Part shown: positions 48,840-59,012 of the stretch, one piece after another
Layout: the number at the start of each line of letters is the position of its first letter
How positions within the stretch are numbered: the stretch's first letter is position 1
From: Schizochytrium sp. TIO01
Taxonomy: Eukaryota > Protista > Bigyra: Labyrinthulomycetes
NCBI GenBank assembly: GCA_004764695.1
Contig: SMSO01000032.1
Span: 6,728,483-6,792,482 of the forward strand
DNA length: 64,000 nucleotides
Direction of reading: 5' to 3'
Translations under genes and position numbers: made by a program
Notes under the pieces: generated by a model
Told to the model about the DNA's origin: nothing
Database searches by the model: none
Seen by the model: only the letters and a program-made list of their open reading frames with translations

Positions 48840-51800
48840 ACAGTTGTTTGCTGACATTCGATGGCACATTTTCAAGGTTTGTCATCTGACCTCTTGAACC
48901 TTTGCGGCGCCCTTCTCCGCAAAGTTCCTTTAATGATTGGCATACGACTGTGTTTTTGACTATTTGCTTTAGTGCTGTACAATTTTAGGTCAAAGCCTCT
49001 GCTTGTCATTTTCAATTGTTTCCTCTTTTTAGTTATGTTGCTTTTCACATTTATCATTTCTTGAACCATGTGCAACTGGCCATCATGATGCCTTATAGAG
49101 ATTGCGTACAACGCCCCTGCTTTTCTTGCTCATAGTTTAAAATTCCACATCGAAAATATCTTCCGCATTCCAAAAGTATAGCGCTTGCTACATTCTAAGT
49201 GATCATGCCGCTGCAGCACCCTCCATTTTCGCTCTAAGAAGGCTCTCCAAAATTTTTGATACCATACTTAGAAACTATGTTGGAAGATTATATCCCAAAC
49301 AGCAACACAAATCATAGCTACTATAGTTCGTCTAATGACGAATTATGTCGACGAATATATTTCTGAAAAACAGTTCTTAGTAAAATAAAGTAAAGAACTC
49401 TAATAATTGTAGCCAGAAACCATCTACTCAACCAATTGTGTAGCTACGTCAATACATGTATCAAACTCCTCTAGTTTACTTTTTCAATAGATGTCTTTAT
49501 TGAAATAAGCACACAACTTTGAGAAAGTTTTCCTCTTGTTTTTCTGTATGTTTGAGTTGTATCACCAATGGGCCCTTTTATTATAATCTGTAAAACTACA
49601 GGCTCGCTGAGCGGGACAACTACGTCAGGAATAATATGGTTCGGGTTCTGTTCATCAGTCTCGATTTCTTTGTTTTGCAAAACAAGAAAACAAACACTAT
49701 TTTTCTGGGTTTCATTACTAACCTCTTGACAATGGTGGTGCTTGCTGGAATGAAAACCATATAATTATACTCTCCTATAAATCCTTCTTCCTGATAACAC
49801 AGATAAAGCTAGCTACATGGTAAAGATCGCGCACGAGTGCAGAAGCTTTCAAAGTACCAAAAGGACATCTTACTTGGAGTGCCCCCATGCACAGGCTCAG
49901 GTAGAATGATCTTTTTCAGCTCGCCTTGTAGAGAATATTACTTAAAGACGGGTCCAAACCTTCTTGCGTTTTCTTCTACTTTTCTGATGGCCAGAAATGC
50001 GATGCAAAACTGCTCTATTTAACCACTATTACCAATTATATGCAGTTTCGCTAGAAAACTCTTGAAAACCGTATTATTTCGAGGATGTTGTGTTTTACTT
50101 TGACAAAGCTAAGGTCTAACTACGTCCCTGAACTGCAATGCTCCAGGCGTTTGACCGACCGTATCGTTGTGCCTTGTGTTTTCTGATCGGTTTAATTTTT
50201 CTGACTGGACGGTGTCATGGTACCGAGTAGTAAATGATGCAAATTATGCGTCTCGAAGCGCGATGTAGACTTTCGCGTCGAGCCGTTGCAGATTGCAGAT
50301 TGATACCAATGCCAAATTATGCAGTTTGGCGTTTTCTCTTTAGTAGCAACAACAAGCTACCGTGGTACCCAGCAATATTTTTAATGATCTAGAAGAAAGT
50401 TCGTACTAGCGCTGCATACCTTCTCGCTTCTGCAGTAGTGGTTGTACTTTGGACAACAAAGCCTAACCGTGGACACCTTTGGCGATTCCTAAGAAACTGT
50501 GACATCTCCCCTCCATAGCTCTTGCTACTGTGATCACATTGGTCACACGCTAAACAGAATATTCCTTATTAATTTTTGACTTCCTGATTTTTTTAATAAT
50601 TAGGATTTATGGTATTGTACTATTTTCTATAAATTTTAAATATATATTCTTTCTTCTATCTTTGAGGAAACCAGTTACTACCTGCGTAAGTACCTTCTAC
50701 CTGCCTTCTACCTGCCCACCCACCCACTGAGTGGCAGATGTTAGAAATATAGCAGAGAAAATGTGCCTCAAAGTACCATTGCATCTATTTCGCTGAGGAA
50801 TGCGTTGCTGAAACAAAAGTCGACTGCCCATGAAGAACCAAGCCCTCTCTCTAATTTAGAGATCCTCGCTTGTGAACCAGTATGACAGTGACCCAGAGGC
50901 GACATGATGAATGAATCGAAACTCGTTCAGCGATCAAATAATGATCCGTTTAGCGAACCGATGAGGAACCCATGAAGAACTACGACATTTCTTGCTGCAA
51001 GTACTGTGTAGGTAGGGATCTAGTCTTCCAAAGTGGGCGGATATGTTCAAGTTTGCACAGGCCTAAGGCTAGGAATTACAGTTGTTGGCCTACTGACGAT
51101 GAGTGCTAGCTCGTGTACTGGGGTTTGGGTAGGGACGCAAGGCAAAGACGAACCGGTACAAGAACTGCCCATCCACATAATAAATGAAGTTTTTTTGTTT
51201 AAACTTTTTCTAAAGCACGGAAAACGAGAAATTAACCTACGTTCTACCTCATAAGACTTCTACACTTTGACACCATATGAACCAAGCCAGGCACCTGGCA
51301 CCTAGCACCTAGACTAAATGTACTCTAAAAACAATATACAAATAAAAACTCGGTACAAAACTGTAGACTAGCACTTCTTATAGGAGTACGTTATGAATGC
51401 GTGTAGAATCAGGGAAACGAATCTCTATAAGGCAAACATAAAGAAGAAACAAACTTTTACAAAAGCTAGAACTTACAGGCAACATCTTAGTAGTGTTCTC
51501 AAAAGCCATTGAAAAGCATAGCAACATCCAAAATAGAAAGCGTCTTAGCACAAATACAAAATAAGCCAATTGAGTGGTTGATTGGCGATTCCAACTGGGC
51601 CCTGACGGAAGATCAAGACGAGCCTTTCGGTGATTCATCCAGGGTTGTTTCCGTACAACATCGCGTCCATATCACAGGTGCGAAGTTCGAGTGCACTCGA
51701 AGGGCTTATTTCTAACAACATTTACAGGGTTTACGCAGTACAGGTTTAATTAATCTTAATTCCAAGGTCAATATAGTCTTCATAAGGCAAACCTTGTTCT

Positions 51801-51885
51801 ACTTGCCACGCTCGGAGCCAACCTCTTGCTCATGATATAAAGGCTATTCGACATTGCATTGTAGAGAACCTCGCTGCTGTTGTAA

Positions 51886-54800
51886 ATGGTTTTCTACACA
51901 GGAGGAGGCGGGGGTGGAAAAAAAGATGGAAACACGGGTGCCACAGTACAAACTCCACCAAACGTAGCAATTGAAAATGAGCAGACGTCTGCCCGTTTGC
52001 GGCAACTCTCAAATCCATCTATACAACGACAACGATCGTCTGACCGCAATCTCAACAGACAATCAAATTCAGTTGATGAGATCAAGTCTGAATCATCAAA
52101 ACTCAGTCGGCGCTTACCAATGTTCCTTAAAATAGGGTTCGGATTAGCCAGAAGCCGCAGTCTAAGCCCCAAAAAGTCATCAAAGAGAAGCCGTGCTTCG
52201 ACACTGGACTCAGCAACCATGGCAAGAAACCCAATTACGCGCATGCCGTCTTCAAGTATAAGCTCATCGCCTCCTGGCCTTGATACCTCCACTTCTGGTC
52301 TTGACTTTGAGGAAGATGAAGCTGATGACGACGAATCTCCTTCACCCTTGCCTTCAGCATCACCTTCATCTCCACCTTCCTCCTTTGATTCAGGCAAGGC
52401 AAAACCACGTTCAAGAGGATCCTTCTTTTTTGCTACTGGTAAACGTAGTCCAACATCTTCCGACCAGGCAAGGCGATCGAGTGGTTTTGGCATTCTCGGA
52501 AACTTGACTAGTGCCAGTTCTGATGATATAGTGCGCGCACCACGATTATCAAGCTCTCTTCAAGAGACTTTGCTTGAACGGTTCGAGCATGCAGAGGAAC
52601 TTCGCCTTCATCGAAACACAAAGCAGTGGTGCTATTGGGGAATGTCAAAAGAGCATAAAGAACTCGATTTTATTCGCAACTGGAAAACTCGTCTCATTAC
52701 CCGAACGGCAGGGATACGCCAGACATGCCGTCACGGTTCCCTTGACAGTGCAGAACGCCGAAGTGCATGGCTTTCAATGGGAGGAGTTAATGTAATTTCG
52801 AATACATTTCGAAATTCAATCTCCACCTATGAGTACATTTTCAAGAACCAAGTCGCAGCTTGTGCGGGTTGCCAAGACTTACACATGAACCATCTGCATA
52901 CTTTTGGTGCGCGCTTTCTTCGCAATGGTGGGGTACTATGGACCGAAAACCTTTTTGACAAGCATTTGCTCTCTAAAGATGGTATCAAATGTGCGAAGCG
53001 TTTACTTCTTGTTCTCCATGCAAAGTGGTCCATTGAGCACTGCCCCGAGCTCCCAGATTTGGTCTGTATATGCCTTCTGTACATGACTGAGCTTGAAACA
53101 TTCGCTGTAATCGATGGAATATTGAAGCGATCTCGTGAGTCCAAGCGCTGGGTAAATGATGCTGACACTCAAAGTAATCCTGTGATCCTACCAGTTGGGA
53201 AGGCAGATGCTTTAGTCTTCGTGCGAACCTTTGTTTCTCTCTTCAAAGAACGATTGCCAGCTCTACATCGAAATCTTGAAGATTTGGCGCGTGACTCGGA
53301 CGAACTAGAACATGTGTTTCTTACTTGGTTTGAGCGGTTTTATGTAGGTGTATTCCCTCTACGGTTTGTGGTTAGAATCTTCGACTGCTACATGGTGGAA
53401 GGACCAAAGGTCTTATACCGTATCGGCCTTACGTTGCTCAGCAATGCTCGCTCGCAGCTTTTAGGTGAATGTGCAAAACGCAAACGAGGCGAGGTAGCTA
53501 TTTCAGAGGTTTTCGACTCTTCGTTTCGCTCAGTAGGCATTTTTCCGGATCACCAAGACCAGCATTCCCGATCTGCTGTAAATCTTACGAAAGAAAGCAA
53601 TGCAGTCACCAAGTCAAAGCGGATAAATCGCAAAAGAAGTTCTCTTCCCGGAAGTCAAGGTGAAAATGCCGAGGCAAATGCAACGTCGCGCCCAAGCCTT
53701 CGAGACTTATTTGGAGGACCAGGGCAGGGGATCATTGATAATTTTATTGACAACGATGACATTGATGATGAAGAGGGAGTCAGTGTGCACAGCGATTCTT
53801 CAGACAAGTCTGAATCTGATCAGGTTGAAAAACCTAACAGTCTATTTCCTATTAACAAAGCCCTGAGTCAGAGTTTCAGTGGCAAGGTATCTGAAGGTGG
53901 TGGGTTCGAGGACGAAGATCTGGATCGTGAAGAAGGTCTTCTATCGCCACGCTCGCCATGGAGTCAGAGGTCATCAACACATGACTCGTCGCAGAACATC
54001 ACAGTACCCAAACTTTCTGCGAAAGAAAAGGAAGTCGATGATTTCGAGGACACTAGTTCCCCTTTATCTCCAAGATTTCTCAAGTCAGTTCAGCTTGAGC
54101 CGACTATGATGATCGATGGAGGAAAGACGTCTGCTGAGTATAACATTGCAATAAACAATCTGACGCTACGTACGCGGCGCCACTCTGCTCCACGCCACAA
54201 TCTTTTGATGGGCGGAGATTACGAAGCACCAAATCCAGATCCAAAAGAGAATCAAGTAATTGTCGTAGAGAAACGTTATGGTTCCAAGGCCTTTTATAGT
54301 GAGAGCAGTCTCTTTAAGTCAGACACAGCAGCTGGTGCTGCACTCATGGAACGCATGTTTGGCACTACTGATGTCTCTACGACTCGATATGTGCAAGCCC
54401 CTCAGCAGGACAGTTTCGAGTTCAAAGTATTCCTTGCATCTGCGTTTTCATGGCGAAAGCTTTACCGAAAAACTTTGGCAAAGAGGGACGAAATTAATCG
54501 CCGTGCTGTCTTTGCAGACCCCTTTGCAAGAATCTCTGATCCAATTCCCCAACTTCACTTTCCACATCGCTTACTTCAGGATTCCACAATTCTCAACAAC
54601 GTTGACGCAGCCACGCAACTTATATCTTGGCTTCCGCTCAAAGTCCAACTCAAGGTTTTTCGTCATATTCGTCTGATTTATACTACGAATCGAGATGGTC
54701 GAAGTCTGTCCTCTCTATATGAGGCATGTGAGAAGTCAAAATTAACGAATATGATACTTCTTCTGGAATGTATCCCACATGGCAATGCGAGCCGGGAAGG

Positions 54801-55725
54801 AGAAAGTAAACGCCAAAAGCCTACAGTTATAGGTGCCTTTTCATCTTCTGCGCTTATCCTACCTCGGCGTAGTCGAATCGGATTTCATGGCGACGATAAT
54901 TGTTTCCTCTTTCGTCTAGAGCCCAAGTTTGCATCAAAATCCTGGAAACCACCTTCGGTTGCTCTGGCTTCAGTCATGGCTGTTTCTCAAGTCTCTAACA
55001 AGCTTGAGCAGAGCAACTCTCGCCAAAAGTCGGGCGGGTCTTTGAAGACAACTGATTCAATACGACAGGGAAGTGTTCGCTCTGCAGACCTCCTGAGTCA
55101 AAGTGATTCAGGGAAGGATTCAATGTTCAGCAGGATAATGAGCATGCGAAGCTTTCGAACGGTAATCTCATCCGAGTCTTCAAATCAATCTCCCATTAAT
55201 TCACCCAGGTCTCCGTCTACACCGCCAGACGGAGCAGGTCTACGTCAAAGAGGTGAAGGGGCACCGGCTAGTAATATTTCAGCATCCGGAAAGGCAAGTC
55301 GCATTTCACAATCCCAAACACTCATCTCCTTACCTATGAGCGAGAGGCTTTCATTTCTCAGTGAGGGTTTTGATGAAGTTACTCAAGCTAACGAATCCTC
55401 ATCACGGACCCGTTTTGTAACATGCGGCCCTAAATCAATCGAATTTGGAGGCCGGTCATATGCATTTGTGACAAAACATGGCAAACGAATCACACGAGAA
55501 GAAATAAATGACATTTCTGATGATCAGTTTTTGAACTTGCAAATCAGGACAGAGCTTGCTGGGCCAGGTTTGGCCCTAGATAACCTTTTGGATAACGCCA
55601 CAACAAGTTGGTGTAGTGCATATGATAATCGACCTTTGTGCATGTCTACAGATGTGATTCCGGGCCTTTCTGATGATTTAATTCGAACATTTCGCATTGG
55701 ACAGGTAGAAGTTTTCGGTGTTTAA
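51886..55725 (+). CDS. TBC + TLDc domain protein (TBC1D24/Skywalker-like)
   Basis: IEHCPELPDLVCICLLYM and VRIFDCYMVEGPKVLYRIGL (TBC); LIYTTNRDGRSLSSLY, VIGAFS, GDDNCFLFRL and terminal VEVFGV (TLDc); long Ser-rich insertions. Confidence 0.9.
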   Translation: MVFYTGGGGGGKKDGNTGATVQTPPNVAIENEQTSARLRQLSNPSIQRQRSSDRNLNRQSNSVDEIKSESSKLSRRLPMFLKIGFGLARSRSLSPKKSSKRSRASTLDSATMARNPITRMPSSSISSSPPGLDTSTSGLDFEEDEADDDESPSPLPSASPSSPPSSFDSGKAKPRSRGSFFFATGKRSPTSSDQARRSSGFGILGNLTSASSDDIVRAPRLSSSLQETLLERFEHAEELRLHRNTKQWCYWGMSKEHKELDFIRNWKTRLITRTAGIRQTCRHGSLDSAERRSAWLSMGGVNVISNTFRNSISTYEYIFKNQVAACAGCQDLHMNHLHTFGARFLRNGGVLWTENLFDKHLLSKDGIKCAKRLLLVLHAKWSIEHCPELPDLVCICLLYMTELETFAVIDGILKRSRESKRWVNDADTQSNPVILPVGKADALVFVRTFVSLFKERLPALHRNLEDLARDSDELEHVFLTWFERFYVGVFPLRFVVRIFDCYMVEGPKVLYRIGLTLLSNARSQLLGECAKRKRGEVAISEVFDSSFRSVGIFPDHQDQHSRSAVNLTKESNAVTKSKRINRKRSSLPGSQGENAEANATSRPSLRDLFGGPGQGIIDNFIDNDDIDDEEGVSVHSDSSDKSESDQVEKPNSLFPINKALSQSFSGKVSEGGGFEDEDLDREEGLLSPRSPWSQRSSTHDSSQNITVPKLSAKEKEVDDFEDTSSPLSPRFLKSVQLEPTMMIDGGKTSAEYNIAINNLTLRTRRHSAPRHNLLMGGDYEAPNPDPKENQVIVVEKRYGSKAFYSESSLFKSDTAAGAALMERMFGTTDVSTTRYVQAPQQDSFEFKVFLASAFSWRKLYRKTLAKRDEINRRAVFADPFARISDPIPQLHFPHRLLQDSTILNNVDAATQLISWLPLKVQLKVFRHIRLIYTTNRDGRSLSSLYEACEKSKLTNMILLLECIPHGNASREGESKRQKPTVIGAFSSSALILPRRSRIGFHGDDNCFLFRLEPKFASKSWKPPSVALASVMAVSQVSNKLEQSNSRQKSGGSLKTTDSIRQGSVRSADLLSQSDSGKDSMFSRIMSMRSFRTVISSESSNQSPINSPRSPSTPPDGAGLRQRGEGAPASNISASGKASRISQSQTLISLPMSERLSFLSEGFDEVTQANESSSRTRFVTCGPKSIEFGGRSYAFVTKHGKRITREEINDISDDQFLNLQIRTELAGPGLALDNLLDNATTSWCSAYDNRPLCMSTDVIPGLSDDLIRTFRIGQVEVFGV

Positions 55726-55996
55726 GAACTTTGCTTGCTACCAATCAATTCTATTTCAAACTTTCTCATATATTTATTTTTTACCCTTTAACTTCAGAAC
55801 ATTTTTTTCTAAATGTAAAAGTGATTGCTAAAAAAAGTCTGGTGCATACCTTGACTAGACTCCCAGGAAGTATAAATCGTGCTACATCAAATTGACATCA
55901 CAGGCCTCTAGATAGTCAGTCACCCCTGGTACATTTCAGATTGAAGTGGCGGAATCTCAACTCGATTGATGACTAAACATACGAAGAGGTCTAGGA

Positions 55997-57325
55997 TTAG
56001 TAGAGCTGGGCAAAAGAATGAAGCTGCACCTGAGAGGAGGTATCATAGACGAACCAACGCTTGCCTTCACTTGTCTCGTCCGTAAGAATGCAGACAGCAT
56101 TTGTTTGAGGAGGAAGATCTGCAGGTATGTGTGCCATTTCTTTGATACGCTCGGACGGGCCGAGGGCAAGATGCACACAAATCATATACAAACCACTTGC
56201 CTTTGTAAGCGAAGACGTTTTCTGATGGTGCCTCATAGCATCACCAGGGTTCTCGAAGAAAGATACATATCCCCTTTGGATTCCCAGGCAACTAAGCGCG
56301 GATGCTCGAGGAGGAAGCACGCCCCGTCGTAACACACTTGCCATCGCACAAGCTGGGCGCACGGTATAGGCGACGTGAGTAGGGCCCATTTGTTTCCATG
56401 AGTCAAAGAGAAGTGCGTTTTGTGGATTATTAATACGGAATGAGTCTCCGACTGGAATGTCCTCTTCAACAATCTCCCAGAACTCGCGCATACCCTCATC
56501 ACTAGTCTGCACTTCTGTAATACCCTGAGGGTCAAGCAGCAATTGTTTGATTTTCTCGAGATCTTCATCAGTTCGTACAATTACAGCATCCATGTCGCGA
56601 AAATTGTCAAGGCGGCACAGAGTCTCAAAGCGACGATCTAAAGCTTGTTGATTATCAAGTTTCAGATCCTCGTTTGTGCAAGGGACGATTTCGTGGAATT
56701 TAACACGCATTAGATCAAAGAATCCATGTCGCTGATTGCTAGCCATGGTTTCCCGCTGTTGCTCCTCAGTTTCTTGTTGACCAGATCCAACCTCCTGCTT
56801 TGAGGTTTGGTATTTCTCTTCCTCTACGAGAGTGCTTAGAACTCGAGCAATAATACCAAATGCGTTTTCAAAGGTCGCGTCCGTAACATCTTGTACTCGG
56901 AGGCTGTTCAAGTCCAATTGCAAAGATGCAGACGTGAGAGTAATGGTACCCCTAGAGCCAATATTTAGAGCAAGATTTTCCAAAGGCGTTGCAGGATCGG
57001 CACTTGGAGCTCTCTGACGTCGCTTTGTCAAACGCTTCCGTTTATTGGCCTTCTTACGGCGCTGAGGCCGCTCTTCTTCACTGCTCGAATCATCTTTGTC
57101 AGCTGGGTTGTCAGACTCTGAGGAGGAGTTTTCTTCTTGAATCTCTGCGCAAACTTCTTGAAAAATCTTCACCAGTTTTTTTTTTGAGATTTTCACTTCA
57201 GCATCAGGCAGAGCTTTCTTGACAACCCTTGGGAGGTCTCCAACTTTAATCACCTGAAGCTTGTCTGCATCTCTTGCTAACTCGCGAAAGACCTCCCTGA
57301 TCTTGCCATCAAGCTCACTGTTCAT
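55997..57325 (-). CDS. Divergent, probably catalytically inactive PARP-fold protein (helical regulatory + ART domain) with DEK-C-like N-terminus
   Basis: First ATG at 57325; KFHEIVP resembles PARP regulatory FYTLIP; VLRRGV, ICVHLALG and WFVYDTSSQVQL parallel PARP1 ILSQGL, LGEVALG and YIVYDIAQVNL; basic NLS-like stretch. Confidence 0.7.
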   Translation of the reverse strand: MNSELDGKIREVFRELARDADKLQVIKVGDLPRVVKKALPDAEVKISKKKLVKIFQEVCAEIQEENSSSESDNPADKDDSSSEEERPQRRKKANKRKRLTKRRQRAPSADPATPLENLALNIGSRGTITLTSASLQLDLNSLRVQDVTDATFENAFGIIARVLSTLVEEEKYQTSKQEVGSGQQETEEQQRETMASNQRHGFFDLMRVKFHEIVPCTNEDLKLDNQQALDRRFETLCRLDNFRDMDAVIVRTDEDLEKIKQLLLDPQGITEVQTSDEGMREFWEIVEEDIPVGDSFRINNPQNALLFDSWKQMGPTHVAYTVRPACAMASVLRRGVLPPRASALSCLGIQRGYVSFFENPGDAMRHHQKTSSLTKASGLYMICVHLALGPSERIKEMAHIPADLPPQTNAVCILTDETSEGKRWFVYDTSSQVQLHSFAQLY

Positions 57326-58175
57326 TTTGCCTAACCTTCTACCTTCAGGCAAGCCCACCCAGGCTACTACGGCCACACTGAGCCGATCTCGGTCTAGCCT
57401 CGCAGCACTGGTTTCCACTCTGATAGTCAGAAGTTCCTTTGATCTCTTTCCCTCTTGTTTTCTCTAACTTATCATCATTGCTCATTCATCGTTAGGTCAT
57501 TCGAAACCTATACAAGCTCCGTCGTTAGACCCACAATAAGGATAATTCTCAGTGGCGGTAAAACTTTTAATTAATTTAGTTTACAATATAAATTTAAGGT
57601 AGCTAATATATTTTGCTTGGACTACACTCAAATATACTCGATCGCTCTCTCGGGGAATTAGTAGTTTCGGAGTATCCAGGTGCACACCTTGTTCTTTTCG
57701 TTCAATTTAATGTTCTTGTTTAGGCATCAGCCCACTCACTCAAATATTACAACAAAACAACAAACAAGTCGCACGCGCGTGCAGCAAAACCGGGACTTCC
57801 GTTGTTGATCTCTGCCCTTCTCGTGGCTAAGTCTCTAAAGGAGGGAGTTGCTTCTGTAGAGCACATTCGCAGGTCTCGTTGATTGCCTTGGTGCTGGGTC
57901 TTTACCACTCGCGAGAGTTGCATGCCAGAGGTGGGCTTGCTAGCTGGACTCACATCGAAATCAATTGATCCTCGCACGTGAACTAAGCTAAAAGAAAGGT
58001 GCGCACGTGCACCGAAGCGAGAAGGTTCTACGAAGACTGGTGTTGCAGTGCGTAGCAGGCTTGGCTCAACGAAGCCTAAGCCGTTCTACCCTCGTCTGCT
58101 CTGGCAGAGCTTCTGCAGGTTTGAACGTGGGATAAAGTCTATTGAGAATATCACACAAGAATAATAGATTGCAAA

Positions 58176-59012
58176 ATGGTTGCTATCATCCAAGGTTTTC
58201 TGAAAAAGCGTGCCATCAAGAGCGGCAAGAACTGGAAACGTCGATATTTTGTGCTGACAGATGAAGGTATTCTGCAGTTTAGTGATCGCAAGGGCGGGCC
58301 AGTCAAGGGATCTATCCAAATTACACAGCTTACCAGCATTAGTGTGCTTCGCGAGCTGAAGCATGATGGAGGCATTTGCATTACAGGCCCCGATCACTCG
58401 CCGCTGTACCTACAGGCTGAAAGTCGTGAGGTTGCCGAGGGTTGGATCCAGGCCATGGAGGTCATAAAGGCTGGAGGTTCGAACAAACTTCGTGCGAAGG
58501 AACACCAGATGAAAGGTGATGACCTCAAAGATGCCTTCGTCAACAAGGAGGCACTTGGCGGGGATGGTCGTGGACTCCTTCAACACACCCTTGGGCGTCG
58601 TAAAGGCACCCTTGATCGCAAGAATGGTACCCTTGGACGTCGCAAGGGCACGCTTAAGCGCAATGGAACTGGAAATACAACACGCAGCACACTTGAAGAA
58701 GTGCCACGTCCTCCACCTGGGCTTACTGATGAAGAGGACAACGAGTCCTTAGGCACTGACGAAGACTATGATGACATGCCTCCTCCCATGTACATGTCAG
58801 AAGATGAGCACGTGGGAGAGAGTGATGGTGAAGTAGAGGATTTAGAGGATGATGAGCTCCCTGATAATGACTTTGGCGATGGATTTATCATGCGCGTTGG
58901 CAAACGAGATTACTTTGTGGATGCTACCAATTGGAATTACTATAAAGACCGTGCTGCTTTCATTAATGGAAAGAAACCAATAGGCAGAGCTGTTCTCGCT
59001 AACCTTGTATGA
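58176..59012 (+). CDS. PH-domain protein with basic GTLxR repeats and acidic tract
   Basis: QGFLKKR..KNWKRRYFVL...LYLQAESREVAEGWIQAM is a canonical PH domain. Confidence 0.92.
   Translation: MVAIIQGFLKKRAIKSGKNWKRRYFVLTDEGILQFSDRKGGPVKGSIQITQLTSISVLRELKHDGGICITGPDHSPLYLQAESREVAEGWIQAMEVIKAGGSNKLRAKEHQMKGDDLKDAFVNKEALGGDGRGLLQHTLGRRKGTLDRKNGTLGRRKGTLKRNGTGNTTRSTLEEVPRPPPGLTDEEDNESLGTDEDYDDMPPPMYMSEDEHVGESDGEVEDLEDDELPDNDFGDGFIMRVGKRDYFVDATNWNYYKDRAAFINGKKPIGRAVLANLV

Noticed and set aside
47859-48875. 338-aa antisense ORF, and similar antisense ORFs over other genes
   Set aside because: Shadow frames of real CDSs on the opposite strand.
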